From positions 25,520 to 89,519 of the forward strand of contig JAFCCW010000013.1 of the NCBI GenBank assembly GCA_017609985.1: a DNA stretch of 64,000 nucleotides. The letters run 5' to 3'. The notes beneath the pieces are model-generated. The model was given only the letters and a program-made list of their open reading frames with translations, did no database searches and had not been told where the DNA came from. A program made the translations under genes and the position numbers. Position 1 is the first letter of the stretch; every line of letters starts with the position of its first letter. The stretch is from Candidatus Iainarchaeum sp. (lineage in GTDB: Archaea; Iainarchaeota; Iainarchaeia; Iainarchaeales; JAFCCW01). Shown here piece after piece: positions 42,650 through 51,569 of the stretch.

Positions 42650-44947
42650 ATGGAGATTCATCTGAACCAGTATCTTGCTGTTTTAATTTTTATTCTTTTT
42701 TTTTCAGCTTCAGCTTTTTCTGTTCTTGAACAGGATTCAATGAAGGTTTTTGCAGTTACAACAAAGGGGAATGCAATGTCTGCTGATCTCTCTCTTGAAC
42801 TTGTGGACGGGACAGGCAGGGTTTTTACAACTGTTGATCCTCTGGTTGGGACATCCACTCAGACAACCCAGCGCATTGCAGTAGATGTTGCAAAAAAATA
42901 TTATCCTGTTGCAGCTAGCTATGACTACAAGTTCAGCATCCAAAGCACTGCTTCTCTTGTGGACGGCCCTTCTGCGGGTGGAGCAATGGGTTTGCTTGTT
43001 GTTTCAATGCTTGATGGAAGAGGTGTTCCGGAAAATGTTTCAATGACTGGAACAATTAACTCTGATGGTTCTATTGGAAGTGTTGCAGGAATTTTTGAAA
43101 AAACAAAAGAAGCAGCAAACCAAGGCATAGAACTTTTTATGATTCCATTCGGGGAAGCAAAGCAAACAGTAAAACTGTCCACCGGGATTGAGTCAATTGA
43201 TCTTGTTGAATATGCTTCGCGAGAATGGGGAATGAAGGTTGTTGAAGTCAATAACATAGATGATGTTTTAGAATATGCTTTTTCTGATATTGCATCGATT
43301 GATGTGAACAGGCAGGAACCAATAATTCCTGATTTTGTTCCTTCTCCAATTTCTTTTTCAAAGTCTCTTAAACCTATGAAATTGCTCACTTTAAAATATG
43401 TTGAAGAAGCTCGTGCTTCCATTGATTCAGCTCACCAAAGTTTGCAGGGAACAATGCTTGACGAACACTCTGTTGTGGATTTAATGCTTGCATCGCTTGA
43501 TGAGTCAGAAAAATTGTTAAAGAAAGCTGAAATTCTTTACGATACAAATCATCTTTATTCTGCTGCAAACTATGCGTTTCTTTCAAAAGTTTATTCAAGT
43601 CTTGTTATTGATATTTCTGACAACCCGTCTTTGATTTCCGTTGATTCAACAATTTTTGATTTAAAAGTAAATTCTCTTGCAAATGAAATAAATAGGCTCG
43701 AGCAGGAGCTTGAGCAATCCATTCCTGTCAACTGCATTGAATGGCATGCTTCAGCAAAACAAAGACTAAACTATGCTGATGTAACTGTTGCAGAACTCAG
43801 GTCAATAAGAACAATTATTGGGGCACAAGAAATAGAGCAGGCAGTTTCTGGTGTTCTAGACTATGAATATGCAGTAGCGTGGGTTCAGATTGCAGAGGAC
43901 CTCTACAGTATTACTCGGGAAGAACAATGTTCGCTTAGCACAGTGCATGATACTTCTTTTGCAAAAGAGCTTGCTGAAAAAGAGCTTGTTTCTCTTGAAA
44001 ACCTAATTGAGATAAGCGAAGTTGATGAAGAAAGCGATATAATGAGACGTTTTCTTTCAGCAAAAGTTGCCCAGTCGAAAGGCTGGTTTATGGCTGCAGC
44101 TTTTGATGCTGTTTCTGCAAAAGCATTAATTGAAGCGGAAAGCAGTTATCTTGACAAAGACTATGTTTCTCTTGAACAAGAGCTAAGAAACGGAATTCAA
44201 AAAACTGATTCAGAGATTGTTTCTTTTGATTCGGATTCTGTCTGGGCTTCACTCTATTTGGACCATGCTCGCTATTACTATGACTCGGCTCTCTTTTACA
44301 ATGGCCATGGCCGTTTGTCTCTTGCACTTGACAATTTAAGGAGCGGAATGAGTCTGCTTTCTCTCGCGATTAATGTGAATTCTGTTTCGTCCAGTTTCAA
44401 GGAAACTATTTCAAAAATCCCTGAAGAAGAACTTTTTGTCAGTTCCCCTGTTTCAGAACCATTTCGTGGAGAAGGAGACCAAGAAACTTCTGAAGAAATT
44501 AAATTTCTTATAGGAATAATTGCAGTTCTTTTAGTTGTTCTTGCAATAACTATTTTAAAAGTGTTTAGCATTCCAAATCATCCTTCCAGAATTCAGCAGA
44601 TCAGGTCTGTGAAAAAGCTTCAGAATGATTTAGAGGAAGCTTTTGCAAAAAAAAGAATTTCTGAAGAAAAATATCACGAGTTATACAATAAGTATTTCCA
44701 TATTCTTAGTCGGCTGGAAAAAGAAGCATCTAAAAAAAGCATAAAAGTTTTGGAGCTAGATGCATTGAATGCAGAACTTTCCTCATCTCAACAGCTCTTA
44801 AGAGACCTTAAGAGAAGATACAATGAGGGAACTATCACAAAAGAGGACTATGAAAAAAGACTCTCTGCTTACACTCTTCTTGTTGAAAAAGTAAAGCACA
44901 GAATAGAGCTTGACAAAAAGCAAATAGAAAAAATTGACAGCAAGTAA
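42650..44947 (+). CDS. membrane-anchored Lon-like (S16) serine protease with helical ectodomain and SHOCT-like C-terminal repeats
   Basis: Signal/anchor MEIHLNQYLAVLIFILFFSASAF. Lon proteolytic-domain motifs are VDGPSAGGAMGL (Ser) and GIFEKTKEAANQGIELFMIP (Lys). A late TM is IKFLIGIIAVLLVVLAITIL. The tail motifs are ISEEKYHELYNKY and GTITKEDYEKRLSAY. The start is placed at the ATG at 42650; the track start is a TTG at 42545. Confidence 0.7.
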   Translation: MEIHLNQYLAVLIFILFFSASAFSVLEQDSMKVFAVTTKGNAMSADLSLELVDGTGRVFTTVDPLVGTSTQTTQRIAVDVAKKYYPVAASYDYKFSIQSTASLVDGPSAGGAMGLLVVSMLDGRGVPENVSMTGTINSDGSIGSVAGIFEKTKEAANQGIELFMIPFGEAKQTVKLSTGIESIDLVEYASREWGMKVVEVNNIDDVLEYAFSDIASIDVNRQEPIIPDFVPSPISFSKSLKPMKLLTLKYVEEARASIDSAHQSLQGTMLDEHSVVDLMLASLDESEKLLKKAEILYDTNHLYSAANYAFLSKVYSSLVIDISDNPSLISVDSTIFDLKVNSLANEINRLEQELEQSIPVNCIEWHASAKQRLNYADVTVAELRSIRTIIGAQEIEQAVSGVLDYEYAVAWVQIAEDLYSITREEQCSLSTVHDTSFAKELAEKELVSLENLIEISEVDEESDIMRRFLSAKVAQSKGWFMAAAFDAVSAKALIEAESSYLDKDYVSLEQELRNGIQKTDSEIVSFDSDSVWASLYLDHARYYYDSALFYNGHGRLSLALDNLRSGMSLLSLAINVNSVSSSFKETISKIPEEELFVSSPVSEPFRGEGDQETSEEIKFLIGIIAVLLVVLAITILKVFSIPNHPSRIQQIRSVKKLQNDLEEAFAKKRISEEKYHELYNKYFHILSRLEKEASKKSIKVLELDALNAELSSSQQLLRDLKRRYNEGTITKEDYEKRLSAYTLLVEKVKHRIELDKKQIEKIDSK

Positions 44948-45013
44948 AAACTGTTGTAAAAAATAAACAGTGAACAAAAGAGAACAAAAAAGCAGAACGC
45001 TGAAAACAACTGG

Positions 45014-47998
45014 TTAATTCGACTCTGTTTTTTCAAGCAAACTTTCTTTCAGTTTCAATCCAATTACTGAACTCTTTTCTTTGTTGAGCGCTACTCCAAT
45101 TATCTGGTCAGCAGAATTAATCAAGTGGTCGTTGTGAGTTATTGCAATAAACTGGGAATCGGAAGACACTTTTTCAATTATTTCAATCATTTTTCTGCTG
45201 TTCTCTGCGTCAAGTGCAGCGTCTGCCTCGTCAAAGACATAGAATGGCGCAGGGTCATACAACTGTATCGCGAAAAGAAATGAGAGAGCAGTAAGGCTTT
45301 TTTCTCCGCCGCTCATGGAGTCAATATTTTGCAGGCTTTCCTTGTGTTTTGCTTGGATTATCAGGCCTGAGTCAAGAGGATTTTCTTCATCGCTTAATGA
45401 AAGCTGTCCAGAACCCTTGAAGAGTGACATAAACAAATCACTGAAATTTTTGTTGATTTCATTAAAGCAGTCAATGAAAACAGTTGTTCTTTTGACATCA
45501 ATTTTTTCAATCATATCAATAACAGCAGTTCTTTCTTCTTCAAGCTTTTTAACTTTTTCTTTAACATCATCTACTTCTTTTTTAAGGTCTGAAAAGCTTT
45601 CAACTGCCTTCATGTTGACTGCTCCAATTTCCTCAATTCTTTTTTCAATTTTTGGAATTCTCTCCCTTAGTTCTCCGACAGAGTATTCTTCAAGTATTTT
45701 TTCGCCGACAAATTCTTTTGCTTCTTCTCCCAAGTCATCAATTCTGACCTGGTTTTTTCCAAGTTCAATGTTAATCTCGTTTTCTCTCTGGTCTGTTTTA
45801 TGAATTTTCTCGCTCACAGACCCTATTTTTTGCTGAAGAGTCTCAATTGATGTCTCAAGTTCTTTCTTTCTTTCCACAAGCTTTTTGCCCTCGCTTTCCT
45901 GCTGTTCTTGTTTTTTTTCAAGACTGGTTATTTCTTCGACAAGACTTTTTTCCCGATTCTCCATTTCAGTTGTTTCTGATTCAATTTCTTTTGACTCTTC
46001 TTTAATGGACTTTATTTCCGAGACATTTCTTTTTCTCTCAGCTGAAATTCTTGTTTCTCCTGAAATTTCCGAGTTCTTGAATTCTTGTTCGAGCAGTGCT
46101 TTTTCTTCCCTTAACTCTGAGAGCTCTGAATTAATTTTTTCAATGGAATCAAAACCAAGTTCTTCTCTTAGTTGTCTAGCGTTTGAAAAAAGTGTTTCTC
46201 TTTCACTCTTTAGCTCTGATATTTTTTCTTCCACTCTTTTTACTTCTATGGCTAAATTATCAAGTTCTTCGCTTTCCTGTTCGCCTTTAATTTTTTCAGC
46301 TTCGGATTCAAGTTCAGCAATTGACTCTCTGGTTTCCTTCAATGGTTCAATCTCAATTTCTAATCTTCTTTTTTCTTCAAGCATTTTTTTAAGGCTAGAG
46401 TGTGCTTCTTCAAGACTATTAAGCTCTTGTCTGGTGCTTTCAAGTTCTGTTTCTCTTTTTGTAATGTCTTCTTGTTTTTTGGCGAGCAGGCTTTCTTTTC
46501 TTTTTTGCTCAAGCTTGCTTTCACAAACAGGGCATTCTGCAACAGCCTTCTCCAGTTCTGCTTCTGCTTTTTTCATTGAAGCTATTTCTGCTTCAATATT
46601 TTTCAAATCAGACATTTTTTCCCCTGATTTTTCTTCAGATTCTAATATTTCTGTTTCAATTGAAGAGTGCTCTTTAATTATTTTTGTGAATCTGGCTTCT
46701 TTTTCTGAAAGAGTTTCTTCTCTGACTCTAAGCTTTCCAAGCTTTGCAGAAATCTGAACAAGCCTGTTTTTTCCTGTCTCAATTTTCTGATAAATAGTTG
46801 ATATCTTTGCCTTATTTTCTAAAAGTTCTGATGAAAGCTTGGAAATTTTTGAATCAGCTTTTTCAGCATCTGCTCTCATGCTAGTTTCTTTGGCGAGAAG
46901 ACCTGAATCCTTTTTCACAAGCTCGCTTTTCTTTTCAGCAAGCTCTTTTGTTTTCAGGTCAATTTCGGGAATTCTCTTCTCAATTTCATCTCTTCTTTCT
47001 GAGAGAGCCTGAATTTCTTCTTCGAGATTTTGGTTTCTCTGATTTAACAGTCTTAATCTTGAACTGTTTTTTGCAAGCAATTCCTGTTTTGCTCTTTTTT
47101 TTTCTTCAAGAACATTCTTTTCTGTTCTAGCTTGTTCAAGTTTTGTTCCGACTTCTTCGTACAATGATTGTCCTGAAGAAATTATCTCGGAATCAATTGC
47201 CTGCATTTTACTTTTTTTCTCGCCTATTTTTCCCGAAATTTCTGAAATTCTTTTCTTAAGTTCATCTCTTCTTGAACCAAGTTCTTCAAGCTTTTTTTCA
47301 GACTCGTCATTTTCTTTTCTTATTCTGCGGATTTCTTTTTCAAGAAGAGTTGCTTTGAATTCTCTTTTTTGCTTTTTAAGATTGTCATACTCCATTGCAG
47401 CATTCTTTTCCTTCTCAAGCTCTGAAAGATATGTTTCTCTTTCTGAGAGAACGATGTTTGCTTCCCTTGTTTTCTGTTCAACCTTTGAAAGTTCTTTGAG
47501 TGCTTCAGCTTTTTTTTCGTCAAACTCGCGTAATCCTGCAATCTCATCAATTACTTCTCTTCTTTGAACAGGATTCATTTCAATAACTCTGGTAATATCC
47601 CCTTGCACTACTATGTTGTGGCCGTGCGGTTTTATTCCTAATTCTGTGAGAAGAGCAGACACTTCATTAAGTGTCTTCTTTGTTCCGTTCAGTCTGAACT
47701 GGCTTCTTCCCTGTTTGTCAATTGTCCTGCTTATCTCAAACTTGTTCTGCTTGTTTTTGAGATGCAATGCAACCTTTGCATAGTTTTCAACGCTCTTGCT
47801 GTTAACAAGGTCAGTTAGCTTTGAAGCTCTCAGCATTTTCAGGGAAGTAGCTCCCATGACAAACATTAGTGCGTCAAGGATATTGCTCTTTCCAGAACCA
47901 TTGCTTCCTGCAATAACTGTGAATCCGTTTGAGAGTGGAATTTCTGCTTTGCGGAAGCTCTTGAAGTTTTTTATCTCAAGCTTCTTCAAGTCAACCAT
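45014..47998 (-). CDS. smc: SMC-family chromosome segregation ATPase lacking a hinge, with central CxxC zinc-hook-like motif
   Basis: 994 aa. Walker A is GSNGSGKSNILDAL, followed by VVQGDITRVIEMNPVQRREVIDEIAGLREFDEKK. The signature motif plus Walker B is MSGGEKSLTALSFLFAIQLYDPAPFYVFDEADAALD, then QFIAITHN. The middle is continuous coiled-coil-like sequence, with AECPVCESKL at aa 489-492. Confidence 0.85.
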   Translation of the reverse strand: MVDLKKLEIKNFKSFRKAEIPLSNGFTVIAGSNGSGKSNILDALMFVMGATSLKMLRASKLTDLVNSKSVENYAKVALHLKNKQNKFEISRTIDKQGRSQFRLNGTKKTLNEVSALLTELGIKPHGHNIVVQGDITRVIEMNPVQRREVIDEIAGLREFDEKKAEALKELSKVEQKTREANIVLSERETYLSELEKEKNAAMEYDNLKKQKREFKATLLEKEIRRIRKENDESEKKLEELGSRRDELKKRISEISGKIGEKKSKMQAIDSEIISSGQSLYEEVGTKLEQARTEKNVLEEKKRAKQELLAKNSSRLRLLNQRNQNLEEEIQALSERRDEIEKRIPEIDLKTKELAEKKSELVKKDSGLLAKETSMRADAEKADSKISKLSSELLENKAKISTIYQKIETGKNRLVQISAKLGKLRVREETLSEKEARFTKIIKEHSSIETEILESEEKSGEKMSDLKNIEAEIASMKKAEAELEKAVAECPVCESKLEQKRKESLLAKKQEDITKRETELESTRQELNSLEEAHSSLKKMLEEKRRLEIEIEPLKETRESIAELESEAEKIKGEQESEELDNLAIEVKRVEEKISELKSERETLFSNARQLREELGFDSIEKINSELSELREEKALLEQEFKNSEISGETRISAERKRNVSEIKSIKEESKEIESETTEMENREKSLVEEITSLEKKQEQQESEGKKLVERKKELETSIETLQQKIGSVSEKIHKTDQRENEINIELGKNQVRIDDLGEEAKEFVGEKILEEYSVGELRERIPKIEKRIEEIGAVNMKAVESFSDLKKEVDDVKEKVKKLEEERTAVIDMIEKIDVKRTTVFIDCFNEINKNFSDLFMSLFKGSGQLSLSDEENPLDSGLIIQAKHKESLQNIDSMSGGEKSLTALSFLFAIQLYDPAPFYVFDEADAALDAENSRKMIEIIEKVSSDSQFIAITHNDHLINSADQIIGVALNKEKSSVIGLKLKESLLEKTESN

Positions 47999-48131
47999 TA
48001 GTACACACGCTTCTTAATCATTAGTACACTTTCATTCTCACTTGTAAACTTATTCTCAATTAACAGTAGTTAAATAATCTTCAAACAGGTATTAAAAGTT
48101 ATGTTGCATTGAGTTTGATTTAGTTTGATGC

Positions 48132-48220
48132 AAAAATTCTGTCAAAAATTCTGTCCGTGTTTTGTCAGTATTCTGCTAGTATTCTGCTAGTATTCTCTTA
48201 GTATTCTGTTAGCATTCTGT
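48132..48220. repeat. short tandem repeat array: 2 x 12 bp (aaaaattctgtc) then 5 x 11 bp (tagtattctgc consensus)
   Basis: Read directly. The 12-bp units are 48132-48143 and 48144-48155. The 11-bp units start at 48166, 48177, 48188, 48199 and 48210. The array lies 134-222 nt upstream of the SMC start codon. Confidence 0.9.
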
Positions 48221-48230
48221 TTGGGTTTGG

Positions 48231-48914
48231 TTAGTTTTTTTCTTTCAAATGCGCCTTTATTATGTATAAGACTCCTGTGTTTGCCTTTGCTTCTTTTTTG
48301 CTTTCATCTATTTCTATTTTCTTTTTGAAGAAAGGAGCATCAAGAACTGTTGTTTCAATTTCCCCTCCTTCTCCTGACGAGCTTAACCCATATTTTTCTT
48401 CAATTTCTGCAAGCTCTTTAATTGAATCAGGGTTGAGGTCTCTTCCAAGCCAGTTTTCTTCAAGTGGATAGCCTGCAATCCCGGTAATCAATACTCTGAA
48501 TTTTTTTTCAACAAGTTCTCTTAACAACTGGTTTGCTTCAATTCCCCAAAGAGGGTTAATGCATTCAATTCCGATGTCTTTGCAAATCTTTTCAATTCTG
48601 TCTGCCTGATATTTTGAAGCAATTGCTCCCGTAACCAGTCCCTCTATTTTGTGCAGTTCAACTGCTTTTCTTATGCTGTTTTCAAGGTCAGCAAGCTCTT
48701 TTTCTTTTTCTCCCTTTGTTGTTCCAATAACAATTGGCTTTTCCATTGCCTCTGCCTGCATTTCAACTAAGTGAATATTTGGAACGTGAAACATGTAGCT
48801 TTCCTTGTTTTCGGAAAAAACAGAAATAAGGCAGGTTATTTCATGCTCTTCCATTGCCTTATAAAGAGCATAATTTGAGTCTTTTCCTCCAGAATACAAT
48901 ACAGCTAGTTTCAT
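48231..48914 (-). CDS. diphthine--ammonia ligase-like ATP pyrophosphatase (MJ0570/Dph6 N-terminal domain family)
   Basis: MKLAVLYSGGKDSNYAL is an SGGKDS PP-loop, and GEGGEIETTVLDAPFF is the family C-terminal motif. The start is placed at MKLAVLY; the track start is 48932. Confidence 0.75.
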   Translation of the reverse strand: MKLAVLYSGGKDSNYALYKAMEEHEITCLISVFSENKESYMFHVPNIHLVEMQAEAMEKPIVIGTTKGEKEKELADLENSIRKAVELHKIEGLVTGAIASKYQADRIEKICKDIGIECINPLWGIEANQLLRELVEKKFRVLITGIAGYPLEENWLGRDLNPDSIKELAEIEEKYGLSSSGEGGEIETTVLDAPFFKKKIEIDESKKEAKANTGVLYIIKAHLKEKN

Positions 48915-48949
48915 TAATCTATTGGGGGGCACAGGTTTTTTTAAATCAA

Positions 48950-49741
48950 TTAGGGTTCTTCAGAGCCATAATATTCTGCAAGCATTAGTCCTGCAAGAGC
49001 TCCTGAAAGAATATTTGAAAAGAAATAGTAAACAGCTGTTACCTGAAAGTCGTCTGCCAATGGAGTCATAATAATGCTTCCGATTGTGGAAAGCAATAGA
49101 TACACAACAGTAATGAGTAACAGAACATACAATGTTCCAAAAAGTTTTTTAGTAGTAAAATCCCAGCTTGCTTGAAAACAATGCTTGATATTTTGCCCGT
49201 CAAAACCAATTGCTGTAAACACCATCACAAGCTTTAATGCAATATAACCCATGAACAAAACATATGCAAGAGCTACAAAGTCCATTAACGGGATTCTGGC
49301 AAGCACTAGCAATAAAATAAACCAGAATCCGAACAAGAGAATAATTGAGATGAGTGCAAAAACAGCCAGTGCTCCAATTATTGTTCCAATGTGAGACAAA
49401 GCATAAGAAAAAGCGCTCTTGATTGAGGGTTTTCCACTCTGCTTCATTTTAACAAATCTTGCATAAAAAATCAAGAGTCCTGCTGTAATAACTAAATTTG
49501 TTACAAGACCTATTGCCACAATATTCATATCCCAAAAGTTCAGGGAATAGAATGCAAGAGGCATTTCTGTAAGGGAATAGTTTGGAAGTCCAAACTCAAT
49601 TATTTCCGCAACAATATTTGCTCCAGCCTCAAAAGAGAAAAGCATGACAAAATAGTTTGCAAGAGCAGCAAGTAACACTGGAATAAGTATGAGTGGTCTG
49701 CCAAGAATATTTATTCCAGCCTTTACTAATATCTTTACCAT
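48950..49741 (-). CDS. hypothetical polytopic membrane protein
   Basis: 263 aa with about 6 hydrophobic helices. No family recognised. Confidence 0.6.
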   Translation of the reverse strand: MVKILVKAGINILGRPLILIPVLLAALANYFVMLFSFEAGANIVAEIIEFGLPNYSLTEMPLAFYSLNFWDMNIVAIGLVTNLVITAGLLIFYARFVKMKQSGKPSIKSAFSYALSHIGTIIGALAVFALISIILLFGFWFILLLVLARIPLMDFVALAYVLFMGYIALKLVMVFTAIGFDGQNIKHCFQASWDFTTKKLFGTLYVLLLITVVYLLLSTIGSIIMTPLADDFQVTAVYYFFSNILSGALAGLMLAEYYGSEEP

Positions 49742-49790
49742 AAAATCACGCTATTTATAACTGCAAAGCGATATTTATTTCTTACGCTAT

Positions 49791-50519
49791 TTAAAAAGCT
49801 CTTGCAAGAATTATTGCTGCAAGGCTTAGCATAAAACCGAGAAAAAAATGCTTCGAACTTCCTTCCTGTTTACTTGGAAGCATGTCTCTTGAAACAATGT
49901 AAAGAACAGCTCCCACCACAAACGAGAAAAGACCATGGTGGGCCACAGGCGATAAAGGAGCAATGGATGCAATAAGTGTTCCCGCAAGCGGAGCAGCTGA
50001 CAAAACAATCATCAACAACTTGTTCATTCCAAGAAATTCATCAATGTGCGTGAGAGAGATTGAAGAAGAAAAGATATGCGTCAAAAGCAGTGCAAAAGTA
50101 AACCATCCAACCCCATCAATTCCTGTGCTAAATGAAAGAAACAAAAGAATTCCAATAACCAGATGATATATAAAAAATCCAGATATGTGAATAACTGCAA
50201 GCTCGTTCAGCATATGCTTTTTGTGCCTGATGTGCTGGTACACATATTTTTCGCTTAAGTGAAACAAGACAAATCCACTCAGGATAATAATGTAAACCTT
50301 GTCTCCAATTACACTCAATCCATTAAGTGCCTGCGGAAGAAGTTCTATGAAAATAAATGTGATAAACAAGCCTGCAGAAAAAGAGACAAATCCTGTATGA
50401 AATCTCTCAAATTTGTAAGAATATGCTTCTGACAGAAAGTTCACGATGCTTAGAATCATTGCTAAAACGAAAACAATCATGGGATTAAAAGGAACTTGTT
50501 CTTTAAATCTTTTTCCCAT
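49791..50519 (-). CDS. hypothetical polytopic membrane protein, possibly ZIP-like metal transporter
   Basis: The start is placed at MGKRFKEQ. The 77 upstream codons in the track ORF are Cys-rich and non-hydrophobic, and they overlap the divergent PHP gene start. His-rich loop HLSEKYVYQHIRHKKH. The family assignment is weak. Confidence 0.4.
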   Translation of the reverse strand: MGKRFKEQVPFNPMIVFVLAMILSIVNFLSEAYSYKFERFHTGFVSFSAGLFITFIFIELLPQALNGLSVIGDKVYIIILSGFVLFHLSEKYVYQHIRHKKHMLNELAVIHISGFFIYHLVIGILLFLSFSTGIDGVGWFTFALLLTHIFSSSISLTHIDEFLGMNKLLMIVLSAAPLAGTLIASIAPLSPVAHHGLFSFVVGAVLYIVSRDMLPSKQEGSSKHFFLGFMLSLAAIILARAF

Positions 50520-50531
50520 TATTTTATCTTT

Positions 50532-51569
50532 ATGAAAACAGTTACAATTGACCTTCACACTCATCTTTTGGAAAAGAAAGTGTCGCCTGTGAAGTACTGG
50601 CGAAAAGCTCTTGAACGAAGACTTGATGCAGTTGCAATAACAGAGCACGCAGAACTTAATCCAAAAAAAGCTTTCAGTCTTGTCTCTGCAAAAAAACCTG
50701 CTTCCATTGTTCTTATTCCTGGAGCCGAACTTTTCACAGACATAGGTCATGCAGTAATCCTTGCAGACTCTGAAGCAGTTTTTGAAGAAAAAGAGATTTT
50801 TGAAAAAAGAGTTTCATTAAAGAAAGTAAAAAAGATTGCAAACTCTAACAACTGGCTTTTGAGCATTGCTCACCCCTGGGGTTTTTCAGGAGACAGTGCT
50901 GCATTTATTGCAGGTGAAAAAAAACTTGAAAGAATTGTTCAAAGAGGCGGAATTGGAGTTGAATCATACAATGGAATGATTGGAAACATTAATTCTCTTG
51001 TTTATGACACTAACTGGATTAAACGGCCTTTCAATTTCTTTGAATTTTTGGAACACAACCGAGTTTCGAGAAGAATAATGCTTGACAGAGTTGGAAGAAA
51101 AATGAGGTCTGAACTTGAAGAAAGAATCAAAGAAGTTCTGGAGCGAAGCGAAAAAGCTCTTGAGCTTGGTCTTAAAGCAGACTTTATTACTGCCGGGAGT
51201 GATGCGCATTCAGCAAATCGTGTAGGAGAAGGAATCGTGAAACTCAAACTCGCAGGCAAACCAACTGCAAGAAACATTCTTGACTCTCTTCGTGAAAAAA
51301 AACATGTTGAGTGGGCGGGCCCATTTGTAAAAGAAGTTGGAGTGGACAGATACGAATTATTAGATGAGCCTGTCAAAAAGAAAGAAATATTTCAGGGAAT
51401 GAAATATGCTACAAAGAGAGTTATTTCCAGAAAGGGAAAACTCAAAAAATTGAAAGAAAAGATTTCCGGCGGAAACGAAACAGACGAAGAAAATAATCTG
51501 GAAAAACCAAATAGTCAGAGCAAGGAAATCAAACCAGAAAAAGAAAAAAACTTTGGTGAAGAAAAGTGA
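50532..51569 (+). CDS. PHP-domain metal-dependent phosphoesterase with K/E-rich tail
   Basis: MKTVTIDLHTHL and AITEHAE PHP motifs, with GSDAHS late in the domain. The start is placed at the ATG at 50532; the track start is a TTG. Confidence 0.7.
   Translation: MKTVTIDLHTHLLEKKVSPVKYWRKALERRLDAVAITEHAELNPKKAFSLVSAKKPASIVLIPGAELFTDIGHAVILADSEAVFEEKEIFEKRVSLKKVKKIANSNNWLLSIAHPWGFSGDSAAFIAGEKKLERIVQRGGIGVESYNGMIGNINSLVYDTNWIKRPFNFFEFLEHNRVSRRIMLDRVGRKMRSELEERIKEVLERSEKALELGLKADFITAGSDAHSANRVGEGIVKLKLAGKPTARNILDSLREKKHVEWAGPFVKEVGVDRYELLDEPVKKKEIFQGMKYATKRVISRKGKLKKLKEKISGGNETDEENNLEKPNSQSKEIKPEKEKNFGEEK

Noticed and set aside
44948-45013. Hairpin ACTGTT-N9-AACAGT between the convergent Lon-like and SMC genes, as a bidirectional terminator.
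   Set aside because: It is only a 6-bp A/T-rich stem. Archaeal termination relies mainly on oligo-T, and the evidence is too weak to call.
45885-46757. 290-aa Ser/Phe/Leu-rich ORF on the plus strand, plus smaller ones at 45315-45803 and 47355-47567.
   Set aside because: It is fully antisense to the SMC coiled-coil. The GAA/AAG/GAG-rich sense codons mirror into TTC/CTT/CTC, giving stop-free low-complexity antisense frames. The SMC frame has clear motifs; these ORFs have none.
50520-50750. 77-codon Cys-rich N-terminal extension of the membrane protein ORF 49791-50750.
   Set aside because: It is non-hydrophobic with implausible composition, and it overlaps the divergent PHP gene start. The ATG at 50519 directly precedes the first TM helix.
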